Origin: Parcubacteria group bacterium GW2011_GWC1_36_108
Lineage (GTDB): Bacteria; Patescibacteriota; Minisyncoccia; Moranbacterales; GWC2-37-73
Direction: 5' to 3'
Length of the DNA: 64,000 nt
Assembly: GCA_000991245.1 (NCBI GenBank)
Contig: LBRD01000003.1
Location: 6,734 to 70,733 of the forward strand
In this document: positions 1 through 8,172 of the stretch, piece after piece
Layout of the letters: each line of letters begins with the position of its first letter
How positions within the stretch are numbered: the first letter of the stretch is position 1
Notes under the pieces: model-generated
What the model saw: the letters and a program-made list of their open reading frames with translations, nothing else
The model's database searches: none
What the model was told of the DNA's origin: nothing
Position numbers and translations under genes: made by a program

Positions 1-408
1 ACAAGACCACAATATTGTTTGCAATATTGAATGTCTTCGGCTTCTTCAAAATCCTTGCAACCATTTTTGCAATCGGAAGACAAAATTTCCAAAAAACTGT
101 TGTCTTCAATGATGATTGTGTCATCCAAATCTTCTTCGTCGATATCTTCGTCATCGAAATCTTCCGAATCGTCTTGGGTTTCATCTTCCTCATCTTCAAG
201 ATCGATTGCTTCGTCATCTTCAAATTCAGCTTCGCTTGTTTCGTCAAGAGATTCAGGAGTTGTTGTTTCTTCTGAAATAATTTCATTGGCCTCATTTTTT
301 TGCTCAGCAGGAAAATAGCGAGATTTCAAAACAGGAAATGCCAAAACAGAAAGGATAATAATAGCCAGACCGAAGATGATAAGAGGGGCTTTGGGAGGAA
401 GAGACATT
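1..408 (-). CDS. Partial CDS running off the window start: hypothetical membrane-anchored, highly acidic (D/E-rich) Cys-containing protein
   Basis: Minus-strand reading from ATG (complement of 406-408) gives MSLPPKAPLIIFGLAIIILSVLAFPVLKSRYFPAEQ... (N-terminal TM helix, then an acidic D/E-rich tract) with no stop before position 1. The plus-strand ORFs 15..275 and 31..318 in the track are antisense artefacts of this gene. Confidence 0.5.
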
Positions 409-415
409 GGATAAT

Positions 416-484
416 TTCAAATTAAAAATTAAAAATATCAAATAAATTAAAAACAAATTAAAAATTAAAAATATCAAATAAATT
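416..484. repeat. Tandem direct repeat (~31-34 bp x2) aaattaaaaattaaaaatatcaaataaatt in an AT-rich intergenic spacer
   Basis: Two near-identical copies are visible at 418-448 and 449-482. Confidence 0.6.
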
Positions 485-499
485 TTAAATTACTAAATT

Positions 500-865
500 T
501 CAATTTTGTTTTGTCTTTGTAATTATTGCTGAAAATATTAGCGTAAGTTCTTGGCATTCCCGCCATAATTCTCTAGACTCGTTACTTACTTCCGAGTCTG
601 CAACAGCAATCATTCTGAGCCAATGCTTGGTCTCCTTGCTTTCTTTTTTGCAAATGCCTAATTTGTGGATAAAGTCTTTTCGAGATTCTGCACCGTCAGC
701 TTCCATATAATTTGCGCCAATACTTGTTCCGCTTCTTACAATTTGACTGATCAGTGGTTTTGTTACTTCGCTTTTGGAAATACATTTAGAAAATTTAATA
801 ATTTTTTCTCCAAAAATTGCTGTACGCTCCTCCAAGTCAAATTTTATTGGTTTTTCATTTGTCAT
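500..865 (-). CDS. Four-helix-bundle protein (23S rRNA intervening-sequence protein family, TIGR02436-like)
   Basis: 121 aa. Motif IVRSGTSIGANYMEADGAESRKDFIHKLGICKKESKETKHWLRMI is diagnostic of this family. Flanked by short direct repeats at 416-484 and 866-915. Confidence 0.85.
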   Translation of the reverse strand: MTNEKPIKFDLEERTAIFGEKIIKFSKCISKSEVTKPLISQIVRSGTSIGANYMEADGAESRKDFIHKLGICKKESKETKHWLRMIAVADSEVSNESRELWRECQELTLIFSAIITKTKQN

Positions 866-916
866 TTTTTTGGACTTTTATTTGAAATTTGATATTTGAA
901 ATTTGATATTCTAATA

Positions 917-2377
917 CTAGTATTCTTTGACGATGTTTATACCGGAATAGTAGTAGCTGAGGATGCGGGTCCATTGCCAAGAGTGGTCACTGGCAAGAAC
1001 TCTGGCTCCATTGGCTGAAAGTCCAACCATATGATTGCCAGCGCTAGGATTGGAGATTGCTCCATATGGATCTGCTACTGATTGCAGATATGGATGATTT
1101 GAAAGTCCCCAAGCTTCTTCGGCACTTTTTGTTCGACCGTCAGTGTTGCTGCAATATGCACCCAAAACAATGTCGCTGCCATATTTCATTATAATCCCGT
1201 TGGTTTTTTGCGCTGCATCTGGAATAAAAGAATGTGTCAGTTCATAATCATATCCGTTGTAAATTTGATTAACAGGACTGGCAATCAAATCGAAACCAGC
1301 CATATCCCATTTGGTGGCATATTCAACCCACCAACGAGCATATGAGCGAGCGGCGACCATCATTGTTTTTGCCAAATGCTCAATTCCACCGGTACTCATT
1401 TCTCCATAGCCCCAAAGGTATAATTCCAAAGGCAATTCGTTGATTACCCAAACTCTGCGGCAAGCATTTTCCGGATCCCAAGCTGGGAAAGTTGCATCTT
1501 GATACAAACTGCAATTTGCATTTCCATCATTTGGAAGATTAGGATCAAGACTGTGCTGAATTTTAATCTTGCCTCTATATTGATCATATCCTGATCCTGA
1601 ATCGCCATCATAAAGAAGTGGCCTGTTAACATCAAAAATCATATCCGAATTGTTTCCGTCAACTGCATCAAAACAAATTTTATCCCCAACATTAGCGTTG
1701 GCCAAAATCAAAGGATCTGAATTGTATGCATTTAAAACTCCATCTCCTGCATATGAAACTCTGACATTTTGTCCAATTGCAATTGAAGGAGCAACAACGG
1801 TTGCTGCGCAATTTGTCACGCGGAAAGCCTTGTTGGCTGTTATTTTGAACGGATTGGCAGCAAGATCGATGGTATTTGAACTCCAAAGTCCGACTTTGAT
1901 TTCTGGTCCTCGGTTGGTAGTAACATTATCAATGTCAGCCATAAAAACTTTGTATCGATTGTATCCGTCTTTGTATGCACTTGAGCCATAATTTTTGTAA
2001 TTGTCATATTCCTTCTTGTCATATTTTTTGTATTTGGAATATTTTTTCACAGGCACGTATTTTTCCTTGTAAGTTTTGTATTTTTTGTATTCCTTAAGAA
2101 GCCCAGCATATTTTTGATTTGCGGCTGGATTTTTTTTGTACAATCTGTAATTGTCGTAAGCTTTTTTGTATCTCAGTCTTTCCTCAGTATTCTTAAAGCC
2201 GTATTTTGCTTTTGCTTTCTTGTATTTTGAGTAATCTTTCTTTTTTTCGTATTTACTGTATAAAGGATATTTTTCATAGTAATTAGCATCGTCAGACAAA
2301 GCGGCATCAGCCTTAAAGGTTGGTGTTAACAAGAAAGAGAGGATAATTACTACTAATACTATTTTTATTTTTGACAT
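917..2377 (-). CDS. Secreted SpoIID/LytB-domain protein with N-terminal signal peptide and K/Y-rich repeat region
   Basis: Signal peptide MSKIKIVLVVIILSFLLTPTFKADA. Repeats KYxKYKK/YKKY over ~120 aa. C-terminal LELYLWGYGEMSTGGIEHLAKTMMVAARSYA, SPVNQIYNGYDYE and IIMKYGSDIVLGAYCSNTDGRT match SpoIID/LytB (amidase enhancer) motifs. Confidence 0.7.
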   Translation of the reverse strand: MSKIKIVLVVIILSFLLTPTFKADAALSDDANYYEKYPLYSKYEKKKDYSKYKKAKAKYGFKNTEERLRYKKAYDNYRLYKKNPAANQKYAGLLKEYKKYKTYKEKYVPVKKYSKYKKYDKKEYDNYKNYGSSAYKDGYNRYKVFMADIDNVTTNRGPEIKVGLWSSNTIDLAANPFKITANKAFRVTNCAATVVAPSIAIGQNVRVSYAGDGVLNAYNSDPLILANANVGDKICFDAVDGNNSDMIFDVNRPLLYDGDSGSGYDQYRGKIKIQHSLDPNLPNDGNANCSLYQDATFPAWDPENACRRVWVINELPLELYLWGYGEMSTGGIEHLAKTMMVAARSYARWWVEYATKWDMAGFDLIASPVNQIYNGYDYELTHSFIPDAAQKTNGIIMKYGSDIVLGAYCSNTDGRTKSAEEAWGLSNHPYLQSVADPYGAISNPSAGNHMVGLSANGARVLASDHSWQWTRILSYYYSGINIVKEY

Positions 2378-2467
2378 TATCTTTTATTTTTAAATTTAAA
2401 ATTGCAACAAAAACTGCCACAATACAATTGTAGCAGTTTTCCCAGCTTCTTCCAAGTTTATTTTTTT

Positions 2468-2545
2468 CAGAAGTTACGCATTTCGAAACATTTCTTTTTT
2501 GGCCAATTGTTGGCGACAGCGACTCTTTGAGCTTTTGGATACTCG
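2468..2545. repeat. Partial, inverted copy of the 130-bp palindromic repeat family (MITE-B) seen at 37443-37573 and 49102-49234
   Basis: ttcagaagttacgcatttcgaaacatttcttttttggccaattgttggcgacagcgactctttgag is the reverse complement of 49165-49240 with 2-3 mismatches. Confidence 0.65.
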
Positions 2546-2569
2546 CCCCGTCAAATTGTTCACAGATTT

Positions 2570-3208
2570 TTATTTAAATTTCTTTAAAAGTTTGCCATAT
2601 TTGCTTGATGGGTAATAGCAGTTTGGATTCGGTGTTTCGTCTGGGTCAAGACAACATTCCATATCCATATGTTTCTTTTTGCCCTTGTCACTTTTTTGAG
2701 GTTTGTCGTTTTTATTACTGCAAACTTTTTTGCCATCAGCATTTCTTTTAAAAATATAAGGTTCTGGCGCTTTTTTAATTGAAGGTGGTGCGGGAGTAAT
2801 TTTTTTTGTGTTAATATTTTCTTTGGGTTTGGGAATATCTTTTTTTGGAATTGTTTTTTCTGGGGATGCTATTGTTGGTGGTGTTACTGGTGTAATAATT
2901 TGAGTTTCTTGTGATTGATTTTCTTGTTCAGGTTCAGGCTGAGATTTTTTTTCATCATCAATGGTCGCGACAGGCGTGTTTTCAACTGGAATTTCTTTTT
3001 GCATATTTATGGCTGTTAAAAAAAACCCATTGATTGTCGATTCATTTATAAATTCAAGAAATGGTATAGAAACAGGCTTATCTTCTGAAACCTCAATATT
3101 TTGTGCCAGCAAAACTTTTGTTGGCAAGAAAACAATGAAAGACCCCAAAAAAATAAGTGGTAAAATTAGTGCTTGTTTTTTGATGTAAGATGTAGTCTTC
3201 ATAAACAA
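2570..3208 (-). CDS. Hypothetical membrane-anchored protein with Pro/Glu/Lys-rich linker and C-terminal Cys-rich segment
   Basis: 212-aa ORF. TM helix LILPLIFLGSFIVFLP, low-complexity PEPEQENQSQETQIITPVTPPTIASPEK. The start is TTG at 3208 or ATG at 3202. Confidence 0.5.
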   Translation of the reverse strand: MFMKTTSYIKKQALILPLIFLGSFIVFLPTKVLLAQNIEVSEDKPVSIPFLEFINESTINGFFLTAINMQKEIPVENTPVATIDDEKKSQPEPEQENQSQETQIITPVTPPTIASPEKTIPKKDIPKPKENINTKKITPAPPSIKKAPEPYIFKRNADGKKVCSNKNDKPQKSDKGKKKHMDMECCLDPDETPNPNCYYPSSKYGKLLKKFK

Positions 3209-3246
3209 AAGTTTTAAAGTTTTTAAAGTTATAAAGTTTTTAAAGT
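3209..3246. repeat. YATAAAGTT nonamer array (family R), copy 1
   Basis: aaagttttaaagtttttaaagttataaagtttttaaagt lies immediately upstream of the 2570..3208 gene start. Confidence 0.5.
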
Positions 3247-3434
3247 AAATTTCACACCTTTACCTTATGAACATTACAAACTTTACGAACAAATTAAAGA
3301 TTTAGCTCACCACAACTTCGGCTATGTTATAATTCATCCTCGTTTGTCTTGAAGGTAATACCAATAAAATTAGAAAATAGTTCAAAAAACTGCCACCCTA
3401 TTGGGCGGCAGTTTTTTTGTTTTTGCTATATTTT

Positions 3435-3863
3435 TTATTGTTGTGCTTTTTGAGCTTGCTTCAAGGCTTTTGCTGCGAGTCTGGCAGCTTTTTTGGCTTC
3501 TTTGGCTGCGATTCTTTCTGCTTTGATTTTTTGTCTTTCAGCAATTTTAGCTTCTTTTGCTAGTCTTTTTGCTTCTTGTTTTTTCAAACGCTCAGCTTTT
3601 TTGATTTGCTGTGCTAATCTTTTTTCTTCCTGCTTTTTCAAAAGAGCGGCTTTTTTTGCAATTTGCGCTAGTCTTTTTGCTTCTTGTTTGGCTTTGATTG
3701 CTGCCAATCTTTCTGCTTGGCGTGCTTTGTTTGCTGCGAGTCGTTGTTGTTTTTTTGCTTGCGTGGTTGTTTCGGTTGTTGTTGTCGTTTCGTTTGCGCT
3801 AACAAACGTCACTGGGAAAGCAAATGCAACCATAAGGGCAATTGCCACGAGTTTTTTCTTCAT
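3435..3863 (-). CDS. Secreted A/K/E/Q-rich repeat protein (coiled-coil, KAERLAAK-type repeats)
   Basis: Start chosen at MKKKLVAIALMVAFAFPVTFVSA (signal peptide) at 3863. The rest is a degenerate 11-mer repeat (KRLAQ/IKKAERL...). The antisense ORFs 3493..3984 and 3684..3878 are artefacts. Confidence 0.6.
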   Translation of the reverse strand: MKKKLVAIALMVAFAFPVTFVSANETTTTTETTTQAKKQQRLAANKARQAERLAAIKAKQEAKRLAQIAKKAALLKKQEEKRLAQQIKKAERLKKQEAKRLAKEAKIAERQKIKAERIAAKEAKKAARLAAKALKQAQKAQQ

Positions 3864-4058
3864 TGTTTTTATTTTTAATAAATTACATCTGTTATTATAC
3901 AGCTTTGAAGCGAGAGCCACAAGGGAGTTGTGCACACCCGTCCGCATCGTCACGCGAGCAAGCTCGTTTGCCAGGGTCACATAAAATTTTTTAAATATTG
4001 TCTATAAATCAAATTTGCGCTATACTGGATAGGTAAATATTGAATAAATCAAACAATT

Positions 4059-5000
4059 ATGGAAGGTCAAAAACCGTTTATCTCAGTTGTCGTGCCTTTG
4101 TATAATGAAGAAGGAAATGTGAGGGAATTACACAAGCGTATTTTAGATGCGTGTGAAAAACTGGGAAAACCATTTGAAATTATCTTTATTGATGACGGTT
4201 CTAAGGATGAGACAATCAAAAATGCCCAAGGCTTGACTCCTCTTACTTTAATCAAATTTCGCAAAAATTTTGGACAAACCGCAGCTTTTGATGCTGGTAT
4301 TAAGCAAGCGCAGGGTGAGATTGTGATCACAATGGATGGAGATTTGCAAAATGATCCTGCTGACATCGGGCTGCTGTTATCCAAAATGGAAGAAGGATTC
4401 GATGTTGTTTCGGGTTGGCGTTTCAAGCGAAAAGATTCGTTGAGCAAAAAAATATTTTCACGTACTGCCAATTTGCTGCGAAAAATTCTGATTCAGGACA
4501 CGATTCACGATAGCGGTTGTTCTCTGAAAGCGTATAAACGAAATTGTTTCGAAGACGTTGATCTTTTTGGAGAGATGCATCGTTTTATGCCGGCATTGCT
4601 GGAACTTCAAGGGTATAAAATTGGTGAAGTGAAAGTGAATCATTATCCTCGCGTGCATGGCGTGACCAAATATAATTGGAAACGTGGGATGAAGGGTTTT
4701 GTGGATATGATTTCGATTTGGTTTTGGCGCAAATATTCCAACAGGCCGCTGCATCTTTTTGGTGGAACCGGCATCGTTGTTTCATTTTTGGGGACATTGG
4801 TTCTTGTTTGGATGGTGGTTGAGAAAATTTTCTTTGGCGCATCACTTTCAGAAAAAATATGGCCTTTGGTGGGAATCTTTTTGGTTCTCGTTGGCATTCA
4901 ACTTTTCGTGTTCGGACTTTTGGCCGATATTATGCTTAAGAATTATTACAAAGGACAAAAGAGGATGAATTACAATATCAAAGAAATTAGTCAAAGCTAA
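4059..5000 (+). CDS. GT2 polyprenyl-phosphate glycosyltransferase (DPM1/GtrB/ArnC-like) with C-terminal TM helices
   Basis: ISVVVPLYNEEGNV, IFIDDGSKDET, TMDGDLQNDP (DxD), and two C-terminal TM segments typical of Dol-P/Und-P sugar synthases. Confidence 0.85.
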   Translation: MEGQKPFISVVVPLYNEEGNVRELHKRILDACEKLGKPFEIIFIDDGSKDETIKNAQGLTPLTLIKFRKNFGQTAAFDAGIKQAQGEIVITMDGDLQNDPADIGLLLSKMEEGFDVVSGWRFKRKDSLSKKIFSRTANLLRKILIQDTIHDSGCSLKAYKRNCFEDVDLFGEMHRFMPALLELQGYKIGEVKVNHYPRVHGVTKYNWKRGMKGFVDMISIWFWRKYSNRPLHLFGGTGIVVSFLGTLVLVWMVVEKIFFGASLSEKIWPLVGIFLVLVGIQLFVFGLLADIMLKNYYKGQKRMNYNIKEISQS

Positions 5001-5008
5001 TTTCTTAT

Positions 5009-5092
5009 TGTCATTCCCGTGAAAACGGGAATCCAGGACTGAGCCTAACTTGCGCGCAAACCTGGATCCCGGATCTGCTGTCCGGGACGACA
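5009..5092. mobile_element. MITE-like palindromic element, TGTCATTCC family, copy 1
   Basis: tgtcattcccgtgaaaacgggaatccaggactgag...gtccgggacgaca. The 5' hairpin cccgtgaaaacggg is shared with copies at 40849, 50655 and 53810. Confidence 0.7.
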
Positions 5093-5106
5093 CGAGTACA
5101 TGTCGA

Positions 5107-5175
5107 TTTCTTAACGCTCATCACTCGTTTTTTGCCTACGTACTTCATATGGTGCAAAGGGATGCGGGATACAAG
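5107..5175. repeat. Repeat element C (tttcttaacgctcatcactcg...catatggtgcaaagggatgcgggatacaag)
   Basis: Head repeated at 6672-6728. Tail (ggtgcaaagg[g/a]atgcggga) repeated at 9441-9470. Confidence 0.6.
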
Positions 5176-5203
5176 ATATATAATTAGTATAATATTTTAA
5201 ATT

Positions 5204-6529
5204 ATGAAAATTGGAGTTATTGGAACTGGATATGTGGGTAGTGTGACAGGAGCTTGTTTTGCGGAAATGGGGAACACTGTTATTTGCGTGGACAATGATC
5301 AAAAAAAAGTTGATCAGTTTTCTTCTGGCAAAGTTCCACTTCACGAAAAAGGTTTGGATGAATTGGTTTCTCGAAATTTGAAAAACAAAACTTTGACATT
5401 CACGACTGATCTTGAAGATACTTTGAAAAAATCTGACATTATTTTTATCGCTGTTGGGACACCTCCAAATGAAGATGGAAGCGCCGACCTTTCTCACGTG
5501 CTTGGCGTGGCAACCTCAATCGGGCAAATGATGGATCATAAACTTATCATCGTGGACAAATCAACTGTGCCGGTTGGAACTGCTGAAAAAGTTTCCAAAA
5601 ATATCGCTAAAGAGCTTAAGGATAGAGGGGTCGAGATTCCTTTTTCCGTGGTTAGTAATCCCGAGTTTTTGGCGCAAGGAACTGCTGTCAAAGATTTCTT
5701 GGAACCGAGTCGTATTGTTATTGGCGCAGATGATCCAAAAGTAATTGAAACGATGCGCGAACTGTATGAACCTTTTATGCGTCGTGAAGGACGTTTCTTT
5801 TCAATGGATGCAAAAACAGCCGAGATTGTGAAATATGCTTCAAACTGTTTCTTGGCTGCCAAAATTTCTGTGAACAATGAGTTGGCAAACATTTGCTCAA
5901 AGGCAGGAGCTGATTTTGACAATGTGCGCAAAGCGATGGGCGCCGATCCGCGCATTGGAGAACCTTTTATGTATGCGGGTCCCGGTTTTGGTGGATCTTG
6001 TTTTCCAAAAGATGTGAAAGCACTTGTCAAAACAGCCAAGGATTTTGGATATGACGCTGAAATGTTGAAACAAACACTGGGAACAAACGACAAGCAAAAA
6101 TTTGTGTTGTCTCAAATGGTTATTGATGAGCTTGGGGAGGATTTGAAAAACAAAGTTTTTGGTGTTTGGGGATTGGCTTTCAAAGCGGGAACTGATGATA
6201 TGCGCGAATCTTCAGCGCTTACTATTATCAGTGAACTCATCAAAAGAGGAGCCAAAATTCAAGCGCACGATCCAGAAGCAATGAAAATGGCGCAGCGCGA
6301 GGAATATTTTGGCGAAAATTCAAGCATTACATATTTTGAAAATAAATATGATGCACTTAAGGAAGCGGATGCGATGCTTGTTATTACTGAATGGAAAGAA
6401 TTTCGCACACCAGATTTTGATGAGATTAAAAAACTTTTGAAAACTCCTATGATTTTTGATGGCAGGCTTTTGTATGAACCCAAGAAAATGAAAGAAATGG
6501 GATTTGATTATAAATCGATAGGAAGATAA
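5204..6529 (+). CDS. ugd: UDP-glucose 6-dehydrogenase (UDP-glucose/GDP-mannose dehydrogenase family)
   Basis: N-terminal Rossmann MKIGVIGTGYVGSVTGACFAEMG, catalytic region GGSCFPKD, C-terminal UDP-binding domain. 441 aa. Confidence 0.9.
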   Translation: MKIGVIGTGYVGSVTGACFAEMGNTVICVDNDQKKVDQFSSGKVPLHEKGLDELVSRNLKNKTLTFTTDLEDTLKKSDIIFIAVGTPPNEDGSADLSHVLGVATSIGQMMDHKLIIVDKSTVPVGTAEKVSKNIAKELKDRGVEIPFSVVSNPEFLAQGTAVKDFLEPSRIVIGADDPKVIETMRELYEPFMRREGRFFSMDAKTAEIVKYASNCFLAAKISVNNELANICSKAGADFDNVRKAMGADPRIGEPFMYAGPGFGGSCFPKDVKALVKTAKDFGYDAEMLKQTLGTNDKQKFVLSQMVIDELGEDLKNKVFGVWGLAFKAGTDDMRESSALTIISELIKRGAKIQAHDPEAMKMAQREEYFGENSSITYFENKYDALKEADAMLVITEWKEFRTPDFDEIKKLLKTPMIFDGRLLYEPKKMKEMGFDYKSIGR

Positions 6530-6735
6530 ACTCATTTCCACATTTCTTTTTCCCGCAAAAAGAAACCTGGAGGAAAGAAAAGCTCGCACCTGATGAAGAT
6601 ACTGTGGCAAAAACTTCACTCTTCACTAAAATTTCTAACCGCCTCCGTCATTTTTGAAAATGACTCCGCGAAGAAATTTCTTAACGCTCATCACTCGTTT
6701 TTCGCCTATGTACTTCATATGGTGCAGATAGGCTC
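6530..6735. repeat. Composite repeat D + C-head downstream of ugd; contains terminator-like hairpin tttctttttCCCGCaaaaagaaa
   Basis: actcatttccacatttctttttcccgcaaaaagaaacctggaggaaagaaaagctcgcacc[t/g]gatgaagatactgtggcaaaaacttc... is repeated at 9341-9440 and truncated at 38945-38975. ORF 6593..6841 starts inside the repeat and is rejected. Confidence 0.65.
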
Positions 6736-6823
6736 AAAAAAATACAAACAGTTGCAGAATTTGAATGCAAATAAAAAAGACTTAGCGGGTTTTCTCGCTA
6801 AGCCTTTTGTTTATGTTAGGTCA

Positions 6824-7147
6824 CTAAGTCCATACGATTGAGTGACCTGGGTATATTTTTTGAATTTGTTTGATAAAATCCTCCTTTGAAATCGGAACGC
6901 AGAAGCGTTTGATTTTATCTATACCTCCAGAATAAAGAAGTGAAAATCCTGGAATATCAAACAGCGAAGCTTCGTTATGTTTCGTTGAAACATAAAGAAG
7001 AGGCGATCGTTTTGAGACCACAAAATCGTAGTCTTTTTGAAGTAGCGTTTTTTCTGTTGCTGTATCGGAAGCTTCTTTGATAATAATTGTTTTGCTCCTC
7101 CCGTCCTTCATAATCCTCCTCCTATTTTGTGAGATTTGAAGATACAA
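6824..7147 (-). CDS. Hypothetical small protein
   Basis: 107-aa ORF. No recognisable motifs. Overlaps the next gene by 26 nt (possible two-gene module). Confidence 0.35.
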   Translation of the reverse strand: MYLQISQNRRRIMKDGRSKTIIIKEASDTATEKTLLQKDYDFVVSKRSPLLYVSTKHNEASLFDIPGFSLLYSGGIDKIKRFCVPISKEDFIKQIQKIYPGHSIVWT

Positions 7148-7490
7148 TCATACACACTGCGTTTACGTGCGTGGAAGATACATCAAGGGCAATTTCCTTT
7201 ACTCGCTTGTGTGTTCTGAGTACAAGACTACACGCTCTTTCCTGAACCTTTTTGTCAGAGAGAGCTTTTACGCGCAGAGCCTGCATCATAATTCGTTGAG
7301 CGTGGTCGTCGTCTATCTCTTTCAAGTCGTATTCCTTAAAAGAGGCGATATGTATACTTATGCCAAAGTTAAGTTCAGGATTATCATTCAAAAATTCACC
7401 AACAATTGCGGACACGGATTTAACCGCGGAATCCTTGTTGAAATTTTTGAGTTTTAGCTCCGCTGCTGCGTCAATAGTTGTTCTTTTCAT
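7122..7490 (-). CDS. Hypothetical small protein (start probably MKRTTIDAAAE)
   Basis: ORF 7122..7526. No recognisable motifs. Lies in a repeat-bounded pocket between ugd and the four-helix-bundle gene. Confidence 0.35.
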   Translation of the reverse strand: MKRTTIDAAAELKLKNFNKDSAVKSVSAIVGEFLNDNPELNFGISIHIASFKEYDLKEIDDDHAQRIMMQALRVKALSDKKVQERACSLVLRTHKRVKEIALDVSSTHVNAVCMIVSSNLTK

Positions 7491-7657
7491 CGTATTACCC
7501 CCTAAGTTTTTAAAGTGCATGGGCACTTTTTGGTATTTCAGCTATTATACACCTAAACGGGCAACGTGTCAATATGGGCGCCATTTTGCCCGCCTGCAAC
7601 GCTGTAGCACTGCGGGCAGGCCCTTGAGAAAGCGGAGAAAAGGTGGTAGGATGTAAT

Positions 7658-7785
7658 AGTTCATAAAGTTTTTAAAGTTCTTAAGGTTTATAAAGTAAAA
7701 TGCAAAAAGTTGTAAGGTTTTTAAGGTTTGTAAAGTTTATAATGTAAAATACAAAAAACTCCAAAGTTTATAAAGTTCATAAGGT
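7658..7785. repeat. YATAAAGTT nonamer array, copy 2 (longest; divergent intergenic region)
   Basis: gttcataaagtttttaaagttcttaaggtttataaagt...gtttataaagttcataaggt. About 12 degenerate units in the same orientation. Confidence 0.6.
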
Positions 7786-7793
7786 AAAACAAA

Positions 7794-8144
7794 ATGGCGA
7801 AATTTGAGACATTTGAAGATATTGTTGCTTGGCAAAAATCAAGAATTCTTGTAACTGATATTTATCAAGTATTCAGAAGCAGCAAGGACTATTCTTTTCG
7901 AGATCAAATACAGAGAGCTGCAGTTTCAATTATGAATAATATCGCCGAAGGTTATGAAAGAAAAGGAAATAAGGAATTTGCAAAGTTTTTATATATAGCA
8001 AAAGGTTCTTGCGCAGAGGTTCGTTCAATGCTTTATCTCGCTCTAGATTTAAGATATATTAATAGGGAAGAATTTAATAACTTTTCTGAACAATCACTTG
8101 TAATTTCTAAGATGTTATCAAGTCTCATAAAAACATTGTGTTAG
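7794..8144 (+). CDS. Four-helix-bundle protein (23S rRNA IVS protein family), second copy
   Basis: IAEGYERKGNKEFAKFLYIAKGSCAEVRSMLYLALDLRYI. 116 aa. Paralog of 500..865. Confidence 0.85.
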   Translation: MAKFETFEDIVAWQKSRILVTDIYQVFRSSKDYSFRDQIQRAAVSIMNNIAEGYERKGNKEFAKFLYIAKGSCAEVRSMLYLALDLRYINREEFNNFSEQSLVISKMLSSLIKTLC

Positions 8145-8172
8145 GGACTTTAAAAACTTTAAGAACTATACT

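Noticed and set aside
15-318. Plus-strand ORFs 15..275 and 31..318 (Ser-rich / hydrophobic translations)
   Set aside because: They are antisense to a better-supported minus-strand partial gene (ATG at 408, TM helix + acidic domain, open to the window edge). Low-complexity translations are typical antisense artefacts.
3493-3984. ORFs 3493..3984(+) and 3684..3878(+)
   Set aside because: Antisense to the KAERL-repeat gene. The repeat DNA keeps all frames open.
1444-6619. Numerous 60-190-aa ORFs nested antisense or out of frame within larger genes (e.g. 1444..1635, 1650..1991, 4067..4471, 4458..4754, 5536..6093, 6320..6619)
   Set aside because: Each lies entirely within a longer ORF that has clear family motifs. 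No independent support.
6593-6841. ORF 6593..6841 and the 9415 start of the flippase-like gene
   Set aside because: Both begin inside the dispersed repeat D (identical ATGAAGATACTGTGGCAAAAACTTC). Treated as repeat-derived, not as genuine gene starts.
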